Shown: positions 9,624-20,307, counted from the stretch's first letter. The stretch is DNA of 64,000 nucleotides from Planctomycetota bacterium (GCA_028289345.1 JANQQL010000047.1:57454-121453), one strand, 5' to 3'. Numbers and translations: made by a program. Notes: a model not told the origin generated them from the letters alone.

Positions 9624-10910
9624 CTACGACTCCCGACGGTAAAGGCGGGTGACTGCTAGGAACACGAGAACGAACAACACGCTGCTGGCGAGGAAGACCT
9701 GGCCGCCCAACCATGGGTAAAGCAAGCCGCCCAGGCAGAGCCCGACGATCGACGCGAGAGAGCCCGCGCTAGAAAGTGCCCCCTGCAAGGATCCCTGGTC
9801 GGGCTCGGGCACGAGACTCGCCGCTTGCGCCTGAAAGGTCGGCCAGGCCAGGCCGTTTCCAAGAGCGAACAAGCCTGCGCCGGCAAAGGCGGCGACGCTC
9901 GAGGCGCCGCTGAACGCGACAAACGAAAGAGCGAGCCCGGCAAGGCCGAGGGCGAACACCGTCTTCGCCCTCGCGTGGGAACTCACGGTACTCAGCAACG
10001 GCCCCTGCATGAACAACATCGCCGCCGACATCGTCGAGTAGAAGACTCCCATCTTCCCCGGATTCCATCCGATACGCCCGGTCGCGTGCACGGGAAACGC
10101 CGCATAGAAGATGTTGAATCCGAGGAACATCACGAACGACACGATCAACGCGAGTCGAACGTCGGGGATACGGAGAGCACTCCGCAGGCTTCCCTTCTCT
10201 TGTGACTTGTCACACGGAACCTGCTGCTGACTGAGTGCCCGAGTGATGGCTCGCGGTGGTGGTGGCCCCTCCGGGCAACGCCCTCCTGGATCTTTCAAGC
10301 GCAAGCACAGAAACACACCGACCAGCGCAATGACCATGGCAGCAACCACGGGCCACCGGTAGGGATCGTGATCCGTGGCAAGGAGTCCAGCAAGCGCGGG
10401 ACCCGCCATGAACCCCACCGACGCAGCCATGCCCATCCGGCCGAAAGCGCGCTGGCGCTCCTTCTTGGCATCTCTTGTGATGTCCGCCACGTAGGCGTTC
10501 GCCACCGAGATGTTTCCCCCCGTGAGGCCGTCAATGAACCGCGCCAGGAACACCAGCAACAACGGAACCGTCACCGTCGTCCCGGCGAAATCTCCCAGGG
10601 GTTGGCGAGGAACCACCAGAGCCACGAGAAACAGCAGCCAGGCAACGACGGTCCCTCCCTGGCTAACCGCCAAGACGACCTTGCGTCCCGTGTGATCCGA
10701 CCAGCGCCCGAGAAGGGGAGCGCCGATCGCTTGGGCTGCGGAGTAGGTGGCACCGAGCACCCCGTAGGTCCAGGCCGCGCCTCCGAGATCGGCGACCAGG
10801 AAAACCAGAATGGGCAGAGCGATGGAGAAACCGAGGGTTCCGCAAAGATGCACGACGAGGATCGGAGCGAGAGTCTTCCAGCCGACTCGCGGGGCTTGGA
10901 CTTCACTCAT
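9624..10910 (-). CDS. MFS transporter (Tet/TCR-like)
   Basis: 428 aa with multiple TM helices and the MFS signature region (GRWSDHTGRKVVL). ATG confirmed at 10908-10910. Confidence 0.85.
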   Translation of the reverse strand: MSEVQAPRVGWKTLAPILVVHLCGTLGFSIALPILVFLVADLGGAAWTYGVLGATYSAAQAIGAPLLGRWSDHTGRKVVLAVSQGGTVVAWLLFLVALVVPRQPLGDFAGTTVTVPLLLVFLARFIDGLTGGNISVANAYVADITRDAKKERQRAFGRMGMAASVGFMAGPALAGLLATDHDPYRWPVVAAMVIALVGVFLCLRLKDPGGRCPEGPPPPRAITRALSQQQVPCDKSQEKGSLRSALRIPDVRLALIVSFVMFLGFNIFYAAFPVHATGRIGWNPGKMGVFYSTMSAAMLFMQGPLLSTVSSHARAKTVFALGLAGLALSFVAFSGASSVAAFAGAGLFALGNGLAWPTFQAQAASLVPEPDQGSLQGALSSAGSLASIVGLCLGGLLYPWLGGQVFLASSVLFVLVFLAVTRLYRRES

Positions 10911-11477
10911 CCCGGCACGCTTTCATAGGCTCGGTCGACAAGTCGAATCTCATGAACACGGCTCTTCTTGTCCAGCCACGCGAACGGGCCCACGGGTCGG
11001 CGCTCCCTGGTCGGCAAGGGGCGTCTGACCTCGGCCCCCCCTCCCACGGTGCGGTGCCTTGATGCTTGGGCCATGGCGCCTCACCCTCGAACCCGGAAGT
11101 GGAGGGCTTCATCCCTTCGCCCGGGTTCTCGATCACTCGATTATGTCCTGTCGTTTGCACATGTCCTGGCGGGATTCTCGCGGCGGGACTCCGTTTGGAA
11201 AGGATGAGCGCATGGACCGGAGCGATCCAAATAAGTCGCTACCTCGGGTCGCTGGGGCATTGTCTGGGACGCAATCGCGGGCGCAAACCGCCTCATCATG
11301 AAGACCGGCTTGAGTCTGCTCATTCGATCCAGGGGGCAGAAATCGAGCGCGCGAACGGGCCCCGCGGCACTCGACTTTCGGCAATCACCGAACGACGACA
11401 AGGCTCCTGCATGTTGGGCTCGGGGTATAAACCACTCCTTGTGCAAGCACGAACCGAAGACGAGACCGACCCACGAC

Positions 11478-13124
11478 ATGACAACACGCAAGCCGAGAGC
11501 ATCCATCCCGACCAACGAACTGGAGAAAGCCGCCTGGCCATCTCTCAGCCCGGATTTGGTCGAGCAGATTGCGCAAGCCGGCATCCGGCTGGACACGAAA
11601 CGCGGTGAGGTTCTGTTCGACGTTGGCCAGGAGCGGTACGACTTCTACTACGTCGAGCGGGGCGTCCTTGAAGCCATTGACCGTTCCAACGACCATGTCG
11701 TTGTTCAAGTGAAAGAAGGAAACTTCGTCGGTGAGTTGGGAATGCTCATGGGACAACGGGCATTCCTCGCCGTGGTCGTTGCCGAGGCGGGCCGTGTCAT
11801 CCGTCTCCGGCAAGGCGATCTCATGCAGATGATGCATGCCGTGCCAGAACTCGCCGACACGATCGTGACTGCCTATGCGGCCCGGCGCCGACTGTTGGTG
11901 AACTGGGGGGAAGGGGGGCTCATCATCATCGGCTCGGAGGGCGACAGCAAAGCGCTGCGCCTTCGCGAGTTCGCAAGTCGAAGCCGGCTCCCCTATCGCT
12001 GGGTGCCGCGGAGTGACACGGCGGCCATGAACGAGGTTTCCAAGCTCTGCGAGGTTCCTGCAACAGGCACCGTTGTCGTCACCGGCCGTTCTCAAGTTCT
12101 TCCTGAGCCGACGCCGAAAGCACTGGCTTGCGTCATCGGAATGGATCTGGCTGCCGACAACACCTCCCTCTTCGACGTGATCGTCATCGGAGCCGGCCCC
12201 GGAGGGCTAGCCGCCGCGGTTTATGCCTCCTCGGAAGGGCTCGACGTCCTTGTCGTTGAAGACACGGCGATCGGCGGACAAGCCGGCACTTCTTCCAGAA
12301 TCGAAAACTACCTCGGGTTCCCTGCGGGAATCTCCGGAGCGGAACTCGCTTTCCGCAGTAGCGTCCAGGCCATCAAGTTTGGAGCGCGGATTGCTGCTCC
12401 GCGGCGAGCAACCCGGCTCACACGGGAAAATGACCTCTTCTGTGTGACTCTGGATGACGGAGATACGGTCCGAGGTCGAACCGTGGTGCTCGCAAACGGC
12501 GTCCAGTACCGCCGGCTGCCGCTCGCGAGGCTTGAAGAACTGGAAGGTCAGGGAGTGTATTACGCCGCCACCGATCTCGAGGCCCGCTTCTGCCGAGACA
12601 CAGAGGTGGTGATCGTTGGTGGGGGAAACTCGGCCGGCCAAGCCGCCATGTTCCTTTCCCGTTTCGCGTCAAAGACCCACGTCGTTGTTCGCGGGGAGGG
12701 CCTCGCGGTCACGATGTCCGCCTACCTGTCCGACCGAGTCGAGCCAGACCAACGCATTCAGCTTTGGACTCGCACCAGCGTGTCGGCGCTTGTGGGCGAG
12801 AGTCATCTGGAGCAAGTCGTTCTGAGAAACAACGACACCGGGGAGGAGTCCACCATCCGGTCGAAAGCTCTCTTCATCATGATTGGAGCAGCGCCAAACA
12901 CCGACTGGCTCGACGGTCAGGTAGCCTTGGATGAGAAAGGGTTCGTTCGGACGGGTCGCGATGTCGGACCAGAGTTCGACGGGTTTGCCACGTCTCTGCC
13001 TGGCATCTACGCGGTTGGCGATATCCGCTCGGGATCAGTGAAGAGAGTCGCTTCGGCCGTCGGCGAAGGCTCTGTAGTGATCGCTGCCGTGCACGAGTAT
13101 CTCAGCGCGCACACAGAACCCTGA
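11478..13124 (+). CDS. cyclic nucleotide-binding domain protein fused to thioredoxin-reductase-like FAD/NAD(P)-binding oxidoreductase (CxxC absent)
   Basis: A cNMP-binding motif (VKEGNFVGELGMLMGQRAF) is followed by a TrxR-like fold (DVIVIGAGPGGLAAAVYA ... VVIVGGGNSAGQAA ... GIYAVGDI). The position of the TrxR CAxC is occupied by AATD. Confidence 0.8.
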   Translation: MTTRKPRASIPTNELEKAAWPSLSPDLVEQIAQAGIRLDTKRGEVLFDVGQERYDFYYVERGVLEAIDRSNDHVVVQVKEGNFVGELGMLMGQRAFLAVVVAEAGRVIRLRQGDLMQMMHAVPELADTIVTAYAARRRLLVNWGEGGLIIIGSEGDSKALRLREFASRSRLPYRWVPRSDTAAMNEVSKLCEVPATGTVVVTGRSQVLPEPTPKALACVIGMDLAADNTSLFDVIVIGAGPGGLAAAVYASSEGLDVLVVEDTAIGGQAGTSSRIENYLGFPAGISGAELAFRSSVQAIKFGARIAAPRRATRLTRENDLFCVTLDDGDTVRGRTVVLANGVQYRRLPLARLEELEGQGVYYAATDLEARFCRDTEVVIVGGGNSAGQAAMFLSRFASKTHVVVRGEGLAVTMSAYLSDRVEPDQRIQLWTRTSVSALVGESHLEQVVLRNNDTGEESTIRSKALFIMIGAAPNTDWLDGQVALDEKGFVRTGRDVGPEFDGFATSLPGIYAVGDIRSGSVKRVASAVGEGSVVIAAVHEYLSAHTEP

Positions 13125-13557
13125 ATCCGCTCTCTGGAAACGGGAACTCGAACGACGCTTGAAGTCACTCCGGGACCTCGTCCCGCGCTGCTTCGATGAT
13201 CCAGGGAACCGCGAGGATTTGCGCGGCCATTCGCTTTCACGAACCGCCGTATGATTCCCTCTCCGAAGCAAGACGCGCTTCCACCACCGGGAAGGGCTCC
13301 ACGATGGACTTTCAAGGGAGGGTCGCTGTCTTGCTCCGCGGAGCAACCAGGACATTCCGCTCTCCCTTGTGATGAGTCGTCGATCACACGGTTCCTAAGA
13401 ATCACCGGCAAGCAGGATTGAATTCGAGGAGAGTGCTCGGGACCGCCCTTCGTTGTTTCATTGCGCCATGTTTAGGATCGGAAGAAAAACTCTTGAGCCT
13501 TCACGAACGGAGAAATGGTCCACGCTCGGGGCTCTCGAGGGATGACGGGGACAAAGA

Positions 13558-15042
13558 TTGAACACTGATCCAAGCGCGCGGGACCGGGCAAGTGTTCTTG
13601 CGAAGCTGACGCCAGCAATCTGGTTCGGCCTACTGTCCGGGTGCGGCCTCGTGGGGCCCGACTACACCCCCCCACCGGCCGACGCACCGGATTCCTATCT
13701 GGCGGACCGGCATCGAGGTCTGGTCGACGGAGCGACGGAACTCTCCGAATGGTGGAAGAACCTCGGCGATCCGACGCTCGACTCGTTGATCCAAAGATCT
13801 TTGCAAAACAACCTCGATCTGCGCGAGGCTCTGGCTCGGATCCGCGAAGCACGGGCGCGACGCGTGATCACCGGAACACAGCTCCTGCCAACCATCGATG
13901 CGAGCGGTTCGTTCTCGCGTGACCAGCGCAGCGACGAGATTGCCAACGGGGAGTTCGGCGTCCGGGTGGCAAACACTTACGCAGTCGGACTCGACGCCAG
14001 CTGGGAGGTGGATCTCTGGGGGCGCATCCGGCGGATCAACGAGGCGGCGTCCGCGGAGATCGGTTTGTCCGTCGAAGATGCCCGGGACGCATTGGTGTCC
14101 GTCCTTGCCGAGACGGCACTCAACTATGTCGAACTGCGCAACTCCCAAGAGTTGATACGGATTGCCCAGGCCAACATTGAACTACAAGAGCAGACGGTCG
14201 AACTCACTCGCAATCAGTTCAACGCCAACCTGGTCAGTCAGCTCGACGTCTCCCAGGCTCGCTCCAATCTGGAAAGCACCCGGGCATCCCTTCCTCCGTT
14301 GAAAGCCGACGCGCGTGCGGCACGAAACCGGCTGGCCGTGCTTCTGGGCATGTTCCCCGGTGCCCTGGAAGAAGAACTGCGCTCGCCCGCACCGATTCCT
14401 TCGCCAGCTTCTCAGGTCGCGGTCGGGATTCCCGCCGACATCATTCGCCAGCGGCCGGACATCCGACGCGCCGAACGAGAACTCGCTGCCGAGACCGCTC
14501 GCATCGGGATCGCCGAAGGAGACCTGTACCCCAGACTCTCTTTACTCGGGAGCATCGGACTGCAAGCGGAACACTCCTCGGACCTGCTCGACGGCCGTGC
14601 GGCCGCTTTCCGCATCGCTCCCTCCCTGACCTGGAACGTGTTCGACCGACGTCGCATCCGGGGCAACATCGAGGTTGCCGATGCACGGCAAGAGCAAGCA
14701 CTGCTTCGCTACGAACGCTCGGTGCTCCGAGCTCTTGAAGAAACCGAGAACGCGATGGTCCGATTCGCCTACGACCAAGATCGGCGCGACTCTCTCGAAA
14801 CAGCGGTGGCCCAAGCACGCCGCGCGGTGGAGCTTTCCGAGGACCAGTACCGGCAAGGGCTGGTCAGCTTTCAGTCAGTGCTGGACAGCCAGAGATTCCT
14901 GTTCGGAATCGAGAGTTCCCTGGCCTCCACTCGCGCTTCGATCACCACAGACCTCATCTCTTTGTACAAAGCCCTGGGCGGTGGCTGGGAATGCCGCGAC
15001 GTGGTACTCACTGAATCTCCAAAAGAAGGATCCGACCCGTGA
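13558..15042 (+). CDS. RND efflux outer-membrane factor lipoprotein, NodT family
   Basis: TTG start. Lipobox LLSGC. Typical OMF sequence (LIQRSLQNNLDLREALARIREARA ... two repeats). The stop overlaps the next gene. Confidence 0.85.
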   Translation: MNTDPSARDRASVLAKLTPAIWFGLLSGCGLVGPDYTPPPADAPDSYLADRHRGLVDGATELSEWWKNLGDPTLDSLIQRSLQNNLDLREALARIREARARRVITGTQLLPTIDASGSFSRDQRSDEIANGEFGVRVANTYAVGLDASWEVDLWGRIRRINEAASAEIGLSVEDARDALVSVLAETALNYVELRNSQELIRIAQANIELQEQTVELTRNQFNANLVSQLDVSQARSNLESTRASLPPLKADARAARNRLAVLLGMFPGALEEELRSPAPIPSPASQVAVGIPADIIRQRPDIRRAERELAAETARIGIAEGDLYPRLSLLGSIGLQAEHSSDLLDGRAAAFRIAPSLTWNVFDRRRIRGNIEVADARQEQALLRYERSVLRALEETENAMVRFAYDQDRRDSLETAVAQARRAVELSEDQYRQGLVSFQSVLDSQRFLFGIESSLASTRASITTDLISLYKALGGGWECRDVVLTESPKEGSDP

Positions 15043-16406
15043 ACGGCCGATGGCTCCGCGGCATTCCTGCAATCTGTGTCCTGACCGCTTGCGGTGAGCA
15101 GCCGGCCCCGCAAGGTCCTCCGCCACCTCCGCAAGTCACGGTGGCTCATCCGGTGGTCCGCGACATCGTGGAGTGGGACCGCTACACCGGGCGCCTCGCA
15201 GCCACCGAGTCGGTGGAGGTCCGAGCGAGAGTGTCCGGCTACCTGCAGTCCATCCACTTCCAAGAAGGGCAATTGGTGGAAAAGGGAGACCTGCTCGCGG
15301 TGATCGACCGACGTCCTTACGAGGCCGAGCTGCACCGGGCCAAAGCGCTCCGCGAAGAGGCGGGAGCGGGGATGGAACGAGCCCAAGCACTCCTTGCCCA
15401 AGCCGAGGCCTCGTTGACCCAGGCGGAGTCTGCACGCAAACTCGCAAAGATCCGCCTCGACAACGCGCTTCTCGCCGTGGAGACCAACTCCATCGCCCAA
15501 GAACAGGTCGACGTCCGGCGCAGTGAGTTCGCCCAAGCCGAAGCCTCCGTCGGCAAGGCCCAGGCCTCGATCGCCTCAGCGAATGCCGAGATCGCCACGG
15601 CCAACGCCGCCATCCACACCGCGGAAGCCGAGGTCGAACGAGCCAACTTGGATCTTCGCTACACGCGCATCGAGGCCGCGATCTCGGGACGCATCAGTGA
15701 CCGGCTCGTGACCAAGGGGAACCTCATCCAGGGCGGAAGCTTGGGTGCCACGTTGCTGACCACAATCGTGTCTCTGGATCCGATGCACGTCTACTTCGAT
15801 GCAAACGAGCAAGAGTTCTTGAAGTATCTGCGGCTCTCGACGTCGGGAGAACGGCCGAGTTCTCGCGAGTACAAGAATCCGGTGTACTTGGCGTTGATCG
15901 ATGAAGAAGGCTACCCCCATCAAGGACACATTGACTTCGTCGACAACAGAATCGACACCAACACCGGGACGATTCGCGGCCGAGCCATCTTTCGCAACGG
16001 GGACTTGACCCTCACTCCGGGGTTATTCGCCACCGTGAGAATCCCCGGCAGCGCCCGCTACGACGCGATCATGGTCCCCGACGCGGCGATCGGCTCCAAT
16101 CAGTCCCAGCGTTTCGTGATGATGGTCGATGACACCAACACCGTCAGTCCCCGGGCGGTCACGCCTGGTCCCCTGGTCGATGGTTTGCGTGTCATTCGCG
16201 AAGGCCTGGATGGATCCGAGCGCATCGTCATTGGCGGGCTGCAACGTGCTCGGCCCGGCAGTGTGGTCACTCCCGTTGACGGGACGATCGAAGTCGATGA
16301 ACTCGACGATCACCTCCCGAATGACTACCAGCCCCTTCCAGAAGATGAGTGGATCACCGTCGACTCGGATCCCTTGCCCGAAGACGAAACGGGGAACGAT
16401 CGATGA
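15039..16406 (+). CDS. RND efflux periplasmic adaptor (membrane fusion protein, HlyD family)
   Basis: GTG start overlaps the upstream stop (GTGA). Lipobox LTAC. Typical MFP coiled-coil, then a beta-barrel region. Confidence 0.85.
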   Translation: MNGRWLRGIPAICVLTACGEQPAPQGPPPPPQVTVAHPVVRDIVEWDRYTGRLAATESVEVRARVSGYLQSIHFQEGQLVEKGDLLAVIDRRPYEAELHRAKALREEAGAGMERAQALLAQAEASLTQAESARKLAKIRLDNALLAVETNSIAQEQVDVRRSEFAQAEASVGKAQASIASANAEIATANAAIHTAEAEVERANLDLRYTRIEAAISGRISDRLVTKGNLIQGGSLGATLLTTIVSLDPMHVYFDANEQEFLKYLRLSTSGERPSSREYKNPVYLALIDEEGYPHQGHIDFVDNRIDTNTGTIRGRAIFRNGDLTLTPGLFATVRIPGSARYDAIMVPDAAIGSNQSQRFVMMVDDTNTVSPRAVTPGPLVDGLRVIREGLDGSERIVIGGLQRARPGSVVTPVDGTIEVDELDDHLPNDYQPLPEDEWITVDSDPLPEDETGNDR

Positions 16407-19400
16407 ACATGCCGCAGTTCTTTATCGGGAGGCCGCGTTTCGCGGTCGTCCTGTCACTGGTCGTCCTGCTAATCGGCGGTATCTCCTACTTCCAGCTGCC
16501 GATTTCTCAGTATCCAGAAGTGGCCCCCCCCACGGTCGTGGTCACCGCCAGCTACCCGGGAGCGACCCCGGAAACCATCGCCGAGACCGTCGCCACCCCG
16601 CTGGAACAGGAGATCAACGGGGTCGAGGACATGCTGTACCTGGAATCCCAGTCCACGGTCGATGGCCGCATGACCCTGACCGTGACCTTCAAGCTCGGCA
16701 CGGACATCGACAAGGCCCAAGTCCTGGTCCAGAATCGGGTCTCCGTAGCCGAAGCAAGACTCCCGCCCGAGGTACGGCAGATCGGGGTGACCACCCGCAA
16801 GAGTTCCCCCGACCTCCTGATGGTGGTTCACATGCTGTCTCCCGACGACAGTCTGAGCCAGCTGTTCATCGGCAACTACGTCTTCCTCCAAGTTCGGGAC
16901 GTTCTCGCTCGCCTGGACGGGGTTGGAGACGTGCAAGTCTTCGGCGGCAGTCAGTACAGCATGCGAGTCTGGCTCGACATCGAACGACTCGCGTCGTTAG
17001 AGCTCACACCGGGTGACGTGATCGGGGCTCTTCGCGAGCAGAACGTCCAGGTGGCCTCAGGAGCGATTGGACAGGAACCGATGGGCCGACCCGGCGCATT
17101 CGAGATCACCGTATCCAGTCAGGGCCGGCTGCGCGAAGCGTCCGAGTTCGAGGACATTATTCTCAAATCGGGAACGGGCGGGCGCCTGGTTCGGTTGAGA
17201 GATGTGGCGCGCATCGAACTCGGCGCCCAAGACTACGCGGTACGCAGCTATCTCGACGGGAGCAATGCCGTGGCACTGGTCGTGTTCCAGCGACCGGGAT
17301 CCAATGCCATTGACACCGCGCGCAGCGTCAATGTCGCCATGGACGAACTCGCTCAAACCTTCCCCGCCGGGCTCGAGCATCGGGTGGTCTACAACCCGAC
17401 CGAGTTCGTGGAAGCCTCGATCGATGAAGTGTTCAACACCTTGCTGATCTCCGCGCTGTTGGTCGTGTTGACGGTGTTCGTGTTTCTCCAAAACTGGCGC
17501 ACGACGATCATTCCGGTCGTGGCGATCCCCATCTCCCTGATCGGCACGTTCGCGGTCATGCAGGCACTCGGAGTGACCTTGAACAGTCTCTCCCTGTTCG
17601 GCTTGGTCCTTGCGATCGGCATCGTTGTCGACGATGCCATCGTCGTGGTCGAAAACGTCGAACGTCTCATTGGAGGCGGTCTCGGCCCACGAGAAGCGGC
17701 CCGCCAGGCGATGAAGGAAGTGGGTTCTGCGCTCGTCGCAACGACGCTGGTACTCATCGCAGTGTTCGTGCCCACCGCCTTCATCGCTGGCCTCAGCGGA
17801 CAGTTCTATCGCCAGTTCGCACTCACCATTGCCTCGGCAACTGCGATCTCAACCTTCGTGTCTCTGACTTTGAGCCCGGCCCTCGCAGCAATCTTGTTGC
17901 GCCCTAAGGAGAAGGCACGCGGCCTACGCCGGCTCTTTGATCTGGCCTTTGGGTGGTTCTTCTGGATTTTCAACAAGGTGTTCGACGTGGCCAGCCGTCT
18001 GTATGCCCGACTCGTCGCCGGGGCGCTTCGGGCCAGCCCTCTGGTCTTGCTGATCTTCGTGGCCCTTCTCGGTGCGACGTACTTTGCCTTCCGCATAGTC
18101 CCCACCGGGTTCATTCCCGCTCAGGATCAGGGCTACCTGATCGTCGCGATCCAGCTGCCGGACGGCGCGTCGCTCGAACGCACCGACCAGGTGGTCCACC
18201 AGGTCGCAAACCTCGCCCTCGAGACTCCCGGCATCGCGAACGCGGTCGCCTTCACGGGATTCTCCGGAGCGACCCGGGTGAACAGCTCCAACGCGGCGGC
18301 AATCTTCACCGCCCTGGAAGATGCCTCCGATCGAGCAGAGAAAGGACTGACTGCAGACACCGTCCTGTCCGATCTGAGAGCTCGCATCTCGACCGTCGAA
18401 GAGGCTCTCATCTTTGCGCTCGCTCCACCGCCAATCCCCGGAATTGGCACCGGCGGTGGTTTCAAAATGCAAATTCAGGACCGTGCCGGCGTGGGCTTTC
18501 AGGCCCTGCACGACGCGGCCTGGGCCGTTGCTGGGCAGGCCAACCAGAAGGAAGGCCTGGTGCAGGTCTTCTCGAACTTCTCTCTCGGGGCGCCCCAGCT
18601 CTTCGCTGACATCAACCGCACCAAGGCCCGCATGCTGGACGTGCCGATCGGGGCAATCAACGAAGCCCTCCAGGTCTACCTTGGATCGGTGTTCGTCAAC
18701 GACTTCAACTACCTGGGCCGCGTGTACCGCGTGACCGCTCAGGCCGAATCCGAGTTTCGCGATGAAGAAGACGATGTCCTGAAGCTCCGTACCCGAAGCT
18801 CGAACGGTGCCATTGTGCCGCTCGGTTCCTTGGTCACCCTGCAACGGAAGACCGCACCGTCACGAGTGGTTCGCTACAACCTCTATCCCGCGGCTGACGT
18901 GAACGGAGACACGCTTCCTGGATTCTCCACCGGTCGGAGCCTGGAGATCATGGAAGAGCTTGCCGAGAACACCCTTCCCGCCACCATGGGCTTCCAGTGG
19001 ACGGACCTCGCCTTCCAGGCTCGCACGGTAGGGAACACGGCTCCTTTCATCTTCGCCCTGTGCGTCCTCCTGGCCTTCCTTTCTCTGGCAGCCCAGTACG
19101 AGAGCTGGCTGCTCCCCCTCGCGGTAATCTTGATCGTCCCTCTCACCTTGTTGTTCGGCCTCGGGGGAATCGCGCTGCGAGGCATGGAGAATGACATCCT
19201 CGTCCAGATCGGATTCGTGCTACTCGTCGGGCTCGCGTGCAAGAACGCCATTTTGATCGTCGAGTTCGCCAAGGAGTTGGAAGACAGCGGCATGAGCCCA
19301 TTCGACGCGGCGGTCGAAGCCTGCCGCCTGCGCCTTCGCCCGGTTTTGATGACCGCCCTCTCGTTCATTCTGGGCGTCGTCCCACTCATGTTTGCCACCA

Positions 19401-19564
19401 GCGCGGGCTCGGAGATGCGACGGTCACTCGGCACGACTGTGTTCAGCGGCATGGTCGGGGTCACGTTCTGCGGACTGATCATGACCCCGGTGTTCTACGT
19501 GACGTTGCGCAAGCTCGCTTTGAGACGAAGACGTCGAGAAGAGACACCGGCGATCTCGCCTTGA
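16403..19564 (+). CDS. RND efflux permease, HAE1/AcrB family
   Basis: ATG 16403 (MNMPQFFIGRPRFAVVLSLVVLLIGG) overlaps the MFP stop. 1054 aa with the canonical AcrB architecture. Confidence 0.9.
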   Translation: MNMPQFFIGRPRFAVVLSLVVLLIGGISYFQLPISQYPEVAPPTVVVTASYPGATPETIAETVATPLEQEINGVEDMLYLESQSTVDGRMTLTVTFKLGTDIDKAQVLVQNRVSVAEARLPPEVRQIGVTTRKSSPDLLMVVHMLSPDDSLSQLFIGNYVFLQVRDVLARLDGVGDVQVFGGSQYSMRVWLDIERLASLELTPGDVIGALREQNVQVASGAIGQEPMGRPGAFEITVSSQGRLREASEFEDIILKSGTGGRLVRLRDVARIELGAQDYAVRSYLDGSNAVALVVFQRPGSNAIDTARSVNVAMDELAQTFPAGLEHRVVYNPTEFVEASIDEVFNTLLISALLVVLTVFVFLQNWRTTIIPVVAIPISLIGTFAVMQALGVTLNSLSLFGLVLAIGIVVDDAIVVVENVERLIGGGLGPREAARQAMKEVGSALVATTLVLIAVFVPTAFIAGLSGQFYRQFALTIASATAISTFVSLTLSPALAAILLRPKEKARGLRRLFDLAFGWFFWIFNKVFDVASRLYARLVAGALRASPLVLLIFVALLGATYFAFRIVPTGFIPAQDQGYLIVAIQLPDGASLERTDQVVHQVANLALETPGIANAVAFTGFSGATRVNSSNAAAIFTALEDASDRAEKGLTADTVLSDLRARISTVEEALIFALAPPPIPGIGTGGGFKMQIQDRAGVGFQALHDAAWAVAGQANQKEGLVQVFSNFSLGAPQLFADINRTKARMLDVPIGAINEALQVYLGSVFVNDFNYLGRVYRVTAQAESEFRDEEDDVLKLRTRSSNGAIVPLGSLVTLQRKTAPSRVVRYNLYPAADVNGDTLPGFSTGRSLEIMEELAENTLPATMGFQWTDLAFQARTVGNTAPFIFALCVLLAFLSLAAQYESWLLPLAVILIVPLTLLFGLGGIALRGMENDILVQIGFVLLVGLACKNAILIVEFAKELEDSGMSPFDAAVEACRLRLRPVLMTALSFILGVVPLMFATSAGSEMRRSLGTTVFSGMVGVTFCGLIMTPVFYVTLRKLALRRRRREETPAISP

Positions 19565-19647
19565 CCCTGTCGGACAGGTTCATCGATCTGTACCGGGCCC
19601 CGGAAAGAAACTCGAAGGGGAACCACCGCTGCGAGGAATCGCCCCGT

Positions 19648-20076
19648 TCAGGCCCGCCACCGTCCCTGTTGGAAAGCTCCGATCAGGGTCTTCGCTCGCC
19701 CAGCGCCCATCTGCATGAATGACTTGCCTTGGGCGAAGAAGTCGTTCAATCCGGGAATCTCTTCGAGGTCTTTCTTGGTCACCCGGGGATATCCCATCGA
19801 CCACTCCCCGAAGGCTCGCTCTTCGATCTCCTCGGTAATCAGTTTTCGCACGCTGTGGTGGCGAGGGTCGCGCTCGATCTTGGAATAGAGAGCTTCGACG
19901 TCGGCCTCTTCCCCCTCGAGGACCTGGAAGAAAGCTCCGGACTCGAACAGCAGCATGCCAGTGATCTCGCGCGATGCGTTGTTCACTCGACTTTGCTCGA
20001 GGATCTCCTCAAGCTCATCATTGGAGAGGTTCTGATTGGTCGCGGCGCTACAGTAGATGCAGTGAATAAGAGCCAT
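19648..20076 (-). CDS. BLUF-domain blue-light photoreceptor (short, single-domain)
   Basis: 142 aa with BLUF hallmarks: a conserved Tyr near the N-terminus (IYCSAA), ITGMLLF...FFQVLEG...W, and a short C-terminal extension. ATG confirmed. Confidence 0.85.
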   Translation of the reverse strand: MALIHCIYCSAATNQNLSNDELEEILEQSRVNNASREITGMLLFESGAFFQVLEGEEADVEALYSKIERDPRHHSVRKLITEEIEERAFGEWSMGYPRVTKKDLEEIPGLNDFFAQGKSFMQMGAGRAKTLIGAFQQGRWRA

Positions 20077-20307
20077 GGAAAATCATCGCCTGAATATTGA
20101 CTTCGGCAAACTCTGATTCTCATGCCAGCAAAAAGGGCGCACAACCCAGCGGATGGCGACCGATCCAAGGGAGCCGTTCTCACCGATTGTTCGCCGCAGA
20201 AGCACCATCTTGCCGAGGAGAACGCGGGGAGCCTCCCTTTTTTCCCTGACACAGATGGAAGGGAAAAGGGTACGGGATGGGCCCTGCTCGAAGCTCCGTC
20301 TATCTCT

